From a virus (Duplodnaviria; Caudoviricetes), in the IMG/VR virus record IMGVR_UViG_3300028923_000004, positions 1 to 32,140 of that record: DNA of 32,140 bases; one strand, written 5' to 3'. The position numbers were made by a program, and so were the translations under genes. Below, piece by piece: positions 19,080 through 27,100 of the stretch; positions within the stretch are counted from its first letter, which is position 1, and every line of letters begins with the position of its first letter. The notes under the pieces are model-generated. The model was not told the origin of the DNA, made no database searches, and was given only the letters and a program-made list of their open reading frames with translations.

Positions 19080-20366
19080 TTATGCTCCTGAAATAATTAA
19101 CGGTGATGTTCTTCGGCTTGCGAAATACCGTAATGCGTCAACATGGTGAAAGTTGCTTTTATCCTTAATCTCATCTGTTGGTTCTCCCTTCTCATTCAGC
19201 TTCCTGGCATAAATACCTATTTCTCCAAGCAAGCCCTTGCAGCTTTTGAAAATCAATAAGCGCTTTGTTTTCATAAGTTCAATAATGCGATCAATCCCTG
19301 CTTCAACGTCAACGATCTGCGCTTCTCTCAAAACTGCCCCTGCAGCTGCCCAATCCCTGCGGTATTGATCTTCACCATGAGAACCACCATATCGGGCAAC
19401 AACATTCTCTTTTATAATTTCCTCTTTACCGTCTTTGTCTTTTTTGATCTCAATAATTTCATCATTGAGCATTCCCCTTACATGCTCAGCCGCTGTTTTA
19501 TCACCTTCCATCTTTTCACGGTAGCAAATAAAAACATCTCGCTCGGTATCATGAGCAAACCACAAAATAACATTATGAACAGGTCCAAAGTCAACGCCAA
19601 CATAGCGAGGGAATTTCAAAGGAATATAACTATCTTCAATAACCTGCGTTTCAAAATCAAAATCACTGAAGATCATTCCTGCAGGTCTACTGAAAGCACC
19701 GTTATAAAACATGTTGAATTTCCAAAAAGCAAGCTTTTGCTGCATTCTGAAATATTCATCTCTTGGGAATGAGGGGTTCATAATCGACTTGAATTGAAAT
19801 ACGTTGAAATCTTTATCACCATCCTGCCAGTGATCAAAAACCTCTGTTTTTAGCCAGCCCAGGTTATAAGGGGTCGTCGTCCCTAAGCACCTTCCCTGCT
19901 CCAAACTCAAACGCCTTTGTATAGCTTCCCAAGCGCCTACGCGGAACTTATCCTGACCGCATTCATCAACCCATGCAGCCTTAGCAGTAGCACTTTCAAG
20001 CCCGCCCTCTGCGTCTGCCGATCTAAGGATTATTCGAGTATCACCAGCCTTATTGACTAGTACTCTTTCGCCAGCCATATAATCCCATCCCCCAAAAATG
20101 TTTATAAAAACCTTCTTAAGTTCGGGAAGCATTTTCAGCTTGAAAAGATCATAGGTAGCAGTAACAGCCAGATAATCGCCTACGCCACAACGCTGAATTT
20201 CACGATGAAGCCACCACGGACCAAAAGAGGTTTTACCTGATTGAGTACCAGCAATAATAAAAGGGAAGCGTGCTTCACTGTCCCATGCTTGAGTTTGTCC
20301 ATAGTGAAGGTGAAGCTTTACCTTTTCCCCTTTTATCTCTGCTAGTTCATAGTTCAGGCTTGACAT
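19080..20366 (-). CDS. terL: Terminase large subunit
   Basis: Walker A AGTQSGKT, Walker B AWVDE, coupling TTTP, RNase H-like GVDFG and HHVDALRY. Confidence 0.95.
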   Translation of the reverse strand: MSSLNYELAEIKGEKVKLHLHYGQTQAWDSEARFPFIIAGTQSGKTSFGPWWLHREIQRCGVGDYLAVTATYDLFKLKMLPELKKVFINIFGGWDYMAGERVLVNKAGDTRIILRSADAEGGLESATAKAAWVDECGQDKFRVGAWEAIQRRLSLEQGRCLGTTTPYNLGWLKTEVFDHWQDGDKDFNVFQFKSIMNPSFPRDEYFRMQQKLAFWKFNMFYNGAFSRPAGMIFSDFDFETQVIEDSYIPLKFPRYVGVDFGPVHNVILWFAHDTERDVFICYREKMEGDKTAAEHVRGMLNDEIIEIKKDKDGKEEIIKENVVARYGGSHGEDQYRRDWAAAGAVLREAQIVDVEAGIDRIIELMKTKRLLIFKSCKGLLGEIGIYARKLNEKGEPTDEIKDKSNFHHVDALRYFASRRTSPLIISGA

Positions 20367-20724
20367 TAGTTTTTTCTACTTCAATAATGCTTATCGGAAT
20401 TGGCTTTTCATCAGCCCCTGTGTGTTCAAACCGTTCAGTAAAGCCCCGGTCTTTTCCAACAGTCTTGAGGTAAAACATAATAGCTGTGAGGTTATCTTTT
20501 TTGATCGCCATGAGCAGTTTATTGAAAACCCAATCGGTAGTTTTTTCCTTCTGATCTTCTGCTACATCTTTGACCGTTTTATATTTTTGAATGTAGTTAT
20601 AGATAGTCCGTCTTGAGCAACCCAAAAGATCAGCAGCGACCGAGAGAATACCCTTAGCCTTGATAATTGCTTGAGAAACTTCCTCTGCTGTGAACTTTTC
20701 CTTCCTACCACTCATAAAATACAA
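20347..20724 (-). CDS. terS: Terminase small subunit (HTH)
   Basis: HTH AADLLGCSRRTIYNY, AIMFYLKT.GKDRGF.ER.EHTG tail; overlaps the TerL start. Confidence 0.82.
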   Translation of the reverse strand: MYFMSGRKEKFTAEEVSQAIIKAKGILSVAADLLGCSRRTIYNYIQKYKTVKDVAEDQKEKTTDWVFNKLLMAIKKDNLTAIMFYLKTVGKDRGFTERFEHTGADEKPIPISIIEVEKTNVKPEL

Positions 20725-21749
20725 TCCTTTACATGCTTGGCGATCGCTCGCATTAACAAAGGCGGTACGCTATTTCCAATCCTTTCAGTAATATTTAATG
20801 CAGAACCAATAAATTTGAACTGATCGGGAAATGAACCTAACCTCTTGAATTCCTCTACAGTCAAAAAACGATCTTTAATCGGGTGAAAAATTTGATCGCC
20901 GCTTTCTCTTAATAAAGTACAAGAAGGTTGTAAGTAATCCAACCGTTGATAATTAAAATAGCTCCCCTTCGGGTGAATATCCTCAATCGACTGCCCTTGT
21001 TTCAACCTTATAAAATATTTATATGTTTTTGAAGTTTCACGGATTGAGCAATAATTTCCAGGTAATTCGCTAGCACCCCAAGCCTCAATAACCCTCACTG
21101 GTATTGTTTCTCCGACTGGATGCGAGGGTTCACCGGGTAGATCATTACGAACCCCAATAAAAATAAGTCGCTCCCTTGTCTGTGGTACTCCAAAGTATTG
21201 AGATTTAAGTACCCTTACGCTTACCCTATAACCACAGTCCTTGAGCGTCCGGAGAATTTCAGCGAATATCAGCTTCATCTTCCCTTTTACCATCCCTGAA
21301 ACGTTCTCCATAACAAAAGCTTTAGGCTGCAGCTCTTTCAATATTCGAACATACTCAATAAAAAGCTGGTTCCTCGGATCATCAAGTATTCTTTTCCCTG
21401 CAATACTGAACCCCTGACATGGTGGTGAACCGTCTAATACATCTAATTCCCCAATCTTTAAGCCTGTGGTCGCAAGAATTTCCTCGACCGAAAGCTTAGC
21501 TATATCTCCATGGAATACAGGGCAATCGAAATTAAAACGAAAGGTTGCAACTGCATTACTATCCCATTCAACTGCCATGAGTTCCCTAAACCCTGCCATA
21601 GAATAACCAAGGGAAGAACCACCACAACCAGCAAAAAGGCTTATTACCGTAGGCGCATTATCCTTTGGTTGTAAGTGTTCTTCCCAACACTTTTCAAGAT
21701 GATCTTGATAGTTATTTATTTTGTGAAGTGGTGACCGCAATTCGGGCAT
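20712..21749 (-). CDS. C5-cytosine DNA methyltransferase
   Basis: SLFAGCGG (I), GSPPCQGFS (IV), MENV (VI), PQTRER (VIII), GNSVPP (X). Confidence 0.95.
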   Translation of the reverse strand: MPELRSPLHKINNYQDHLEKCWEEHLQPKDNAPTVISLFAGCGGSSLGYSMAGFRELMAVEWDSNAVATFRFNFDCPVFHGDIAKLSVEEILATTGLKIGELDVLDGSPPCQGFSIAGKRILDDPRNQLFIEYVRILKELQPKAFVMENVSGMVKGKMKLIFAEILRTLKDCGYRVSVRVLKSQYFGVPQTRERLIFIGVRNDLPGEPSHPVGETIPVRVIEAWGASELPGNYCSIRETSKTYKYFIRLKQGQSIEDIHPKGSYFNYQRLDYLQPSCTLLRESGDQIFHPIKDRFLTVEEFKRLGSFPDQFKFIGSALNITERIGNSVPPLLMRAIAKHVKDCIL

Positions 21750-22207
21750 ACTATCGTTTCAACCTCATCCTCTACGCTTTCGTCATACTCTTTGAAATCA
21801 GGCGCAAACTCTGTCCCTGATAGTTCATTTTGAGTAAAGCCCCAATTGAGCAAGTCCTCTATTTCAAATTCATTCGCTAAAATATCCCAATCCCAAGAAC
21901 CAGTATTCTTATTCAGGCGAATATTCAGTTCTTCCACTTCTCTCGGTGTAAGCATACGATTAGGAACTCGAACATCAATTTCAGCTTCTGGACCATACTC
22001 TTGCATGGCAAAAATAATCCGCTTCCTCTGATGTCCACCAACCAGCATATTATCAAGATTGATCACCGGGATTGCTGCAATGCCAAACTTCTCAATAGAC
22101 TTCCTGATCTGCTCAGCTTCGCTTTCAGTAAGCTGCCTTGGGTTCTTATCCCATTCGACCAGATCGCTAACTTTTCTTTTCTCTGTGTACCAAGTAATCT
22201 TTTCCAT
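21716..22207 (-). CDS. ParB N-terminal-like protein
   Basis: KNPR, SIEKFG...PVIN....VGGHQR, C-terminal CPNCG; common ParB + methylase pair ahead of terminase. Confidence 0.85.
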   Translation of the reverse strand: MEKITWYTEKRKVSDLVEWDKNPRQLTESEAEQIRKSIEKFGIAAIPVINLDNMLVGGHQRKRIIFAMQEYGPEAEIDVRVPNRMLTPREVEELNIRLNKNTGSWDWDILANEFEIEDLLNWGFTQNELSGTEFAPDFKEYDESVEDEVETIVCPNCGHHFTK

Positions 22208-22245
22208 AGTGCCTTTTAAGTGTAAAAATGTGAAATAATAACTTT

Positions 22246-22314
22246 AGTTAAGCCCCTTTATCCGTTTGACCTGTTTTCCAGGCGAGCATGAAAAGCTTTC
22301 TTTGGGGCTTAACT
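22246..22314. repeat. 11-bp inverted repeat enclosing an internal hairpin
   Basis: AGTTAAGCCCC (22246-22256) / GGGGCTTAACT (22304-22314); inner GCCTG-GAAAA-CAGGT on the minus strand (22283-22269). Confidence 0.7.
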
Positions 22315-22318
22315 TCCT

Positions 22319-22705
22319 CTAGGAGTTAGATGTATTCGGTTGCGTGGATTTTTTAATAACCTTCGCCTTATTGAACTCTTCCATAACAGCGGCTTCAACT
22401 GCAGCTGAAATAGAAACAAGATCGATCTTTACATTAGCTTCTTTCAGCATTTCAGTAACGACCTGAACCGCATATTCCTTTTTATCAGTAATTTTTTTTG
22501 CAAGCTCCATCTGCTCGGCAGCCCTTACAGCGATCGTAGCAAACTCGGTCAATACCCATGAGTACTTCCAAGTTTTCACCTTTACCCACGCTTCCTTAGC
22601 CAGTCCGATCACCCAAGACACTAAGGCAGCTGCAAGTATTGGTACAAAAACCTCTAACGCTCCCTGTAAAAAACCACTTCCCAACTCAAGTAAAACTTCT
22701 TTCAT
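22319..22705 (-). CDS. Holin, LL-H-like family
   Basis: N-terminal hydrophobic helix, then IAVRAAEQ...KKEYAV...AAVEAAV.E.N. Confidence 0.75.
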   Translation of the reverse strand: MKEVLLELGSGFLQGALEVFVPILAAALVSWVIGLAKEAWVKVKTWKYSWVLTEFATIAVRAAEQMELAKKITDKKEYAVQVVTEMLKEANVKIDLVSISAAVEAAVMEEFNKAKVIKKSTQPNTSNS

Positions 22706-22736
22706 CTTTCAACCTTTCTTTTGATTTTTTTGAGTT

Positions 22737-22767
22737 AAAACAAAAACCGCCTGGTAACTCAGGCGGT
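22737..22767 (-). terminator. Intrinsic terminator upstream of the first late gene
   Basis: 8-bp stem ACCGCCTG/CAGGCGGT (22746-22767), 6-nt loop, followed by TTTTGTTTT. Confidence 0.8.
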
Positions 22768-22836
22768 AAACTCTGATCTCATGCTTGGGAGTAAACCCAA
22801 GCTTCCTTATATATTCAGTTATTGAATATTATAACA
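22737..22836 (-). promoter_or_regulatory. Structured late leader, copy B (promoter + hairpin + terminator)
   Basis: TGtTATAAT (22836-22828), AACTGAATA, GCTTGGG/CCCAAGC hairpin, TCAGAGTTTACCGCCTGA block. Confidence 0.78.
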
Positions 22837-22843
22837 TGCCAGT

Positions 22844-23143
22844 TTAATTCAAATAGATTTTTCCACCCTTCCCTTTGTCACCCAAAATAATCCTATTCCG
22901 GAGATCATCAAGCAGAATGTGATTTACTTCCAGCATTCCGATCATGGCTGACATTCCCACGAACATAGCAGTAAACCCTTCTCTGCAAAATACCAGTAAT
23001 ATTTCATTCGCGATACCTTCGGGTATTCTCTCCGGATTTTCAACAGCCTGGACAATTACCTTCAAATCTTCCAGGGCTTCAATAAACCTTTTTCTTGTTT
23101 CATCAAGGGCTTTGAGGTTTTCCTCAATCGTTGTCTTTTCCAT
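22844..23143 (-). CDS. Hypothetical helical protein
   Basis: 99 aa, CAGGAG before ATG, overlaps the upstream gene; last gene before the late leader. Confidence 0.7.
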   Translation of the reverse strand: MEKTTIEENLKALDETRKRFIEALEDLKVIVQAVENPERIPEGIANEILLVFCREGFTAMFVGMSAMIGMLEVNHILLDDLRNRIILGDKGKGGKIYLN

Positions 23144-23408
23144 ATTCCTGCCTATTTTTCATAATTCGATTGACCAACCTCGCCAGTTGTTCTTCGCTAG
23201 CTGTATAGTAAAACTCCCTTCCACAAATGCACCGACCGGATAAACTTTTTAGGACTAGATTACCAACAGCAAGCCATACCCTATTGCCTACCTGCTTATA
23301 ATAACCAAGTACTCGCCCGCACTTTCCACAACGAATTGGGCATTCTTTAGTTGGGTTTCCCTCTGCAGCTATCCGGGAATTAGATTTTACTGGCGTGGTT
23401 GTTCCCAT
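23124..23408 (-). CDS. Zn-ribbon protein, Com-like putative regulator
   Basis: IRCGKCGRVLG...CICG resembles the Mu Com-type finger opening; basic. Confidence 0.5.
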   Translation of the reverse strand: MGTTTPVKSNSRIAAEGNPTKECPIRCGKCGRVLGYYKQVGNRVWLAVGNLVLKSLSGRCICGREFYYTASEEQLARLVNRIMKNRQEYGKDND

Positions 23409-23414
23409 TCTTAT

Positions 23415-23579
23415 TTATTCCTTTTGCTGGTTTTCTTCAATCTCTGCCCGCTCCATTTCCGCCAGCATTTCAGCTTCATGTTCAGCAGCCGCGTTTATCT
23501 CCGCTTCAAAGCGCGCGGCTTCTTCTTCGGCTTCGATCTGTGCCATTTCTTCCTCATAACCATCCATATAATCGCACAT
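23415..23579 (-). CDS. 54-aa highly acidic protein (not in ORF track)
   Basis: MCDYMDGYEEEMAQIEAEEEAARFEAEINAAAEHEAEMLAEMERAEIEENQQKE; start overlaps the upstream TGA and fills the gap exactly. Confidence 0.8.
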   Translation of the reverse strand: MCDYMDGYEEEMAQIEAEEEAARFEAEINAAAEHEAEMLAEMERAEIEENQQKE

Positions 23580-23908
23580 CATTCCCTCACTTCTTTATTT
23601 TTTGTCTTATCTATTCTTCTCATATTCAACAAGAAATTCAAAGGATTGTTGAGCCTTTTTCTTGCACAATAACCACATAATGGTAACCATTCATCCTTAT
23701 TGTGCTCTTGCTCCCATTCTGGCTTGGTTGATCTTTCCTTCCCGCACCAGGAACATCTCCATTCAGGAACTCTCTTTCGCCTCTCTCTTTCCATCCTGAA
23801 CCGTTGAAGTTCAACAGCAATACTATGAATTTCTGTTGTTGATAACCGCAAATCACCATCAATAAAACTACTTAGATCATTGTTGCTTACAGTCATGTTT
23901 CTCCTCAA
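23579..23908 (-). CDS. Hypothetical Zn-finger protein
   Basis: CSWC...CGYC. Confidence 0.7.
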   Translation of the reverse strand: MRRNMTVSNNDLSSFIDGDLRLSTTEIHSIAVELQRFRMERERRKRVPEWRCSWCGKERSTKPEWEQEHNKDEWLPLCGYCARKRLNNPLNFLLNMRRIDKTKNKEVRE

Positions 23909-23920
23909 GAATATCCTGGC

Positions 23921-24130
23921 TTATTCGTTATGATCTTCTGTTGGCAGATCTGCTGCTTTTGTTCCACAATGTTCACAACAAATAAATTGCCTATCACAAA
24001 AAGCAGCACCTTTTTTTCCACAATATGGGCACTCTCCCCAATAATATTCTGGTTCTCGATCACTCTGAACGTCATACCACCATCCAGTTGCAATATCATC
24101 ACTAAGATCACTCATTACAATTCCTTCCAC
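23921..24130 (-). CDS. Small acidic Zn-ribbon protein (true start probably Met7)
   Basis: CPYC...CEHC. Confidence 0.65.
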   Translation of the reverse strand: MEGIVMSDLSDDIATGWWYDVQSDREPEYYWGECPYCGKKGAAFCDRQFICCEHCGTKAADLPTEDHNE

Positions 24131-24348
24131 CCTTCCGGTAGTTCAGCCCACGCAGATACATGCAAAACAAGCCCATCTTGATCTAAAAAAACTAGTTCTA
24201 ATTCTTCTTGTGATGTTTCTCCCACATCTAAGAAAGCAACTTTTATTTTGCCAGTTTTCGTTGTTACTAAATACTCCACTAAATATTTTCCAGGGTCTTC
24301 GTCCTGATACTTATGCCAAACAATAATTTCTTCTTGTGTATTACTCAT
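24115..24348 (-). CDS. DUF551-like small phage protein
   Basis: WHKY..EDP.....YLV...VSAWAELP pattern; own ATG at 24348 after a purine-rich SD. Confidence 0.55.
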   Translation of the reverse strand: MSNTQEEIIVWHKYQDEDPGKYLVEYLVTTKTGKIKVAFLDVGETSQEELELVFLDQDGLVLHVSAWAELPEGWKEL

Positions 24349-24561
24349 TCCTTCTTCTCCTTCTCTACCAATTCTTGATGGGCAGAGAGTGTCTTCGATA
24401 GGACGAGTGTTCCAATGTTTACAAAACTCTTCTTCTAACATTGGCTGTTTCATTTTTTCAATACAATTATTGGGACAATTCCAACTTGTTCCGCCGGCAA
24501 ACAAGTCTTTTTGACCGACTAATTTTTCTCCGCAAAACGGACATGGTTTTAATTCTTTCAT
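24345..24561 (-). CDS. Lar-family (restriction alleviation-like) Zn protein
   Basis: MKELKPCPFCG...C..C...WNTR; AAGGAG upstream of ATG 24561; appears fused to neighbours, probably through an indel. Confidence 0.7.
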
Positions 24562-24806
24562 TGCATACTCCTTTTCTCTTATCCAGGCGATCAAGGCATT
24601 GCCAGCAATTTTCAACCAAGGCATAGGAGAATACCTCTTTTTACATAATCCCGGTAATAGGCAAAAATGCTATCAAAAATACGCCCTTCCTGCCCTCTCG
24701 CGCTCTTTTTCTTCCAGGTATCTCCATACTGGAGTTCATCACTTTTTAACTGATCTTCAAGCGCCTGCATAAATTCAGGTAAGTAATCGATAACTTTCTT
24801 TTTCAT
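24562..24806 (-). CDS. Small helical protein, frameshifted near 24625; possibly all-alpha NTP-pyrophosphatase-like
   Basis: MKKKVIDYLPEF...QYGDTWKK...KRGI continues as MPWLKIAGNALIAWIRE in another frame; weak resemblance only. Confidence 0.4.
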
Positions 24807-24810
24807 CTGA

Positions 24811-25011
24811 TTATTTCTCTGGAATAAAAATCTTACCGTTTTCTGCAATCATCGTTATGGGGTTTTTTACATTAATAATTACGCCATCGATATTTACCAT
24901 CTTGGCATTCAACACCTCAAGACTTTTTCCTATAACGATAATTGAATGCCCATGATTGACGCTTCCTCCACATGAACAGCTGGACGAATAATAGATCTGA
25001 TAATCATTCAT
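24811..25011 (-). CDS. Hypothetical protein
   Basis: 66 aa, tightly packed, GAGG upstream. Confidence 0.6.
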   Translation of the reverse strand: MNDYQIYYSSSCSCGGSVNHGHSIIVIGKSLEVLNAKMVNIDGVIINVKNPITMIAENGKIFIPEK

Positions 25012-25016
25012 TTTTA

Positions 25017-25400
25017 CTAACCTCTTGCAAAAGGAGATGTGTTTTTATGTTCTTCTATGTTTTTGCCATCAAGAAAATCCATTATTTCATCTGCCAATTT
25101 TTCGCATAAATCAAACTGGTTAAGTTCCCTTATGGTTTTCTCAATAAGTGAGAACATTTTTCCATTACTTAGTGGACACTTTAGATAATCGCCTTTGCAA
25201 ATTTCAGCAAAGGTACTTGTATGCGTCATGTGGCAATGCTGAATACAAAATACATTGCAATGTGGGTCTTGAGAAGATGGAAATAACTCATGGAATGGGC
25301 AAGCTGGATGATGTGGTTCACCCATAAAGACATCTTCGGGAACTAAAATAACCGTTCCATCGCATTTATATTCTTTTAATTCCTTCTTTGTTATTTTCAT
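25017..25400 (-). CDS. Cys/His-rich hypothetical protein
   Basis: HHPACPFH...HCNVFCIQHCH...C....CP; AAGGA upstream. Confidence 0.7.
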   Translation of the reverse strand: MKITKKELKEYKCDGTVILVPEDVFMGEPHHPACPFHELFPSSQDPHCNVFCIQHCHMTHTSTFAEICKGDYLKCPLSNGKMFSLIEKTIRELNQFDLCEKLADEIMDFLDGKNIEEHKNTSPFARG

Positions 25401-25423
25401 TTATTTCCTTCCTTTTTCTTCTT

Positions 25424-26617
25424 TCATGTTTTTATTACTCCCAAAGGTTTCAGGTGATGAATTACCTCGATGAGTTCTTTCTCATTTTCAATAACTTGGT
25501 CAATATCCTTATAAGCACCAGGGGCTTCGTCTAGGTCTTTATCAGATCGTAAGCCATGAACGATACCTTCCATCTTTTTCTTTTCTTCCTCAAGGTTCAG
25601 GGTTTTTCGAGCAGCATTGCGTCCCATCTGGCGACCTGCCCCATGTGAGCAGGAATTGAAGCTATCAGCGAAACCCTTACCCTCTACGATATAACTTGAA
25701 GTCCCCATGCTCCCGGGAATAATTCCAAGTTCGCCAGCCTTTGCACTGGTAGCACCCTTCCGATGAACCAATACATTTTTTCCAAAGTGGTTTTCCCATA
25801 CAGCATAATTGTGGTGAATATCATAATCACCAGTCCAATCTTCAATGATCTCGTGCCCGCAAACTTCATCAAAAGCACTGATGATCTCATTCATCATTAT
25901 TTCTCTGCTTATTTTTGCAAAATCCAGGCAGTAGTTCATAGCTATAAGGTATTCTTTGGCTTCTTTGGTTTCGATCGGAAGAAAAGCTAGGTCCATTGTT
26001 GGAATATTCGAATACCAGCGTTCGCACCATTTCACAGCCTTGTGTGGTATTCCTTAGCTACTTGCAGCCCAAAGTTATACGACTTCCTGAATGAAGCATA
26101 AACCATAAATGCCCTACTTCATCAACTGGAACCAATAAAATGTTTTCCACCGCCAAGTGTTCGCGATCTGTTTCTTTGCGCTTTCAAGCTGTCTTTGAAT
26201 GATCGGAATATCAGGGGCAAGGTAAAAAATCTCTCGATTTTGAGGTTCTTTATGGTGATCAAACCCTAATGGTATTCGTTCCCGGATAAGCCCCATAGCC
26301 TTCTTAATATCATCTTGGGTTAAATCCTCAGCGAGAAAACAGGTACTTGCTGCCCGCATTCCGCAACCAATATCAACACCCACAGCATTCGGTATTACTT
26401 CGCTTAAGGTAGCCATCACTCCACCGATCGGCATTCCATAACCAGCATGACAATCAGGCATAAGCGCAATATGATGAAAAGCAAAAGGCAGCCTGGCAAG
26501 GTTCTTTACCTGATCTAAGCAGCCCTTTTCAATATCATCAGTTTCGATAAAACATTTGACCGGAACGTAAGAATTTGTTCCATCTTCAAAAATAATTGTT
26601 TTGTTCGTCATTTTCAT
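25424..26617 (-). CDS. rtcB: RtcB-family RNA ligase (disrupted by an indel cluster at ~26040-26165; ~397 aa if joined)
   Basis: MPDCHAGYGMPIGG, VGVDIGCGM; TLGGG.HFI and MLHSGSR readable in shifted frames; HHNY, HRKGAT, IPGSMG, SCSHGAGR, DEAPGAYKDI. Confidence 0.93.
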
Positions 26618-26777
26618 CCTTTATATGATCTTCCATTTCATCCACTAAAAGTAAAATAAAATATAGGGCTACTCCGTTTATCATCATTGACACGATGGTC
26701 ATTATGAGCACGAAGAAATAGGTTTGCCACATATTACCTGCTCCAGAATATTTATAGCTATTCCCTTGTAAACCCAA
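26586..26777 (-). CDS. Small membrane protein (start probably at MWQTYFF)
   Basis: Long hydrophobic stretch followed by an acidic tail. Confidence 0.5.
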   Translation of the reverse strand: MGLQGNSYKYSGAGNMWQTYFFVLIMTIVSMMINGVALYFILLLVDEMEDHIKDENDEQNNYF

Positions 26778-27100
26778 TCAGAAGTAAAGTAGTAAACAGT
26801 CCATCCATGAGAAACAGCCACATTATTCTTTTCGTAATCTCTACGAACACCCACCCCGGAAGTATGTCCTGTTCGTTTCCTTCCCCATGTTCCCCCATTG
26901 ATCTCAATAAGTATTTTCTTCTCAATAAAAGCGTAATCCCACCTGAATTGACGAGGTGGGCAAGCTATATATTCTCTTACATACTTATAAGGCAGGTTGA
27001 TCGCCTTGATCTGTGTTTCAAAGAGATCATTCAAAACATCGGCTTGCGATCGCTTCTTGATTTCTTCAAAATCATTCGATGAAACCTTATTCTTTATCAA
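26702..27100 (-). CDS. PD-(D/E)XK-fold endonuclease (DUF559/Vsr-like), possible resolvase
   Basis: REY......FRWDYA....ILIEINGG.W....HT......DYEKNN.A...GW.V..FT. Confidence 0.78.
   Translation of the reverse strand: MIKNKVSSNDFEEIKKRSQADVLNDLFETQIKAINLPYKYVREYIACPPRQFRWDYAFIEKKILIEINGGTWGRKRTGHTSGVGVRRDYEKNNVAVSHGWTVYYFTSDWVYKGIAINILEQVICGKPISSCS

Noticed and set aside
21920-21930. AACTGAATAT match inside the ParB gene as another leader copy
   Set aside because: Encodes E-L-N-I; no -10, hairpin or terminator around it.
22246-22314. Known riboswitch or self-cleaving ribozyme
   Set aside because: No hammerhead CUGANGA/GAAA core or c-di-GMP-I consensus recognisable by eye on either strand; an Rfam scan is needed to exclude formally.
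15818-22836. Repeat pair as DGR template/variable repeats, att sites or CRISPR repeats
   Set aside because: No reverse transcriptase, integrase or cas gene; differences are not adenine-specific; only two intergenic copies 7 kb apart with compensatory stem changes.
24115-24624. Genuine 169-aa three-domain fusion protein
   Set aside because: Internal SD+ATG at 24561 and 24348 and nearby indel signs suggest three separate small genes.
26036-26165. Intron, intein or naturally split RtcB
   Set aside because: The gap holds the expected conserved RtcB residues in shifting frames with no extra sequence; joined length is normal.
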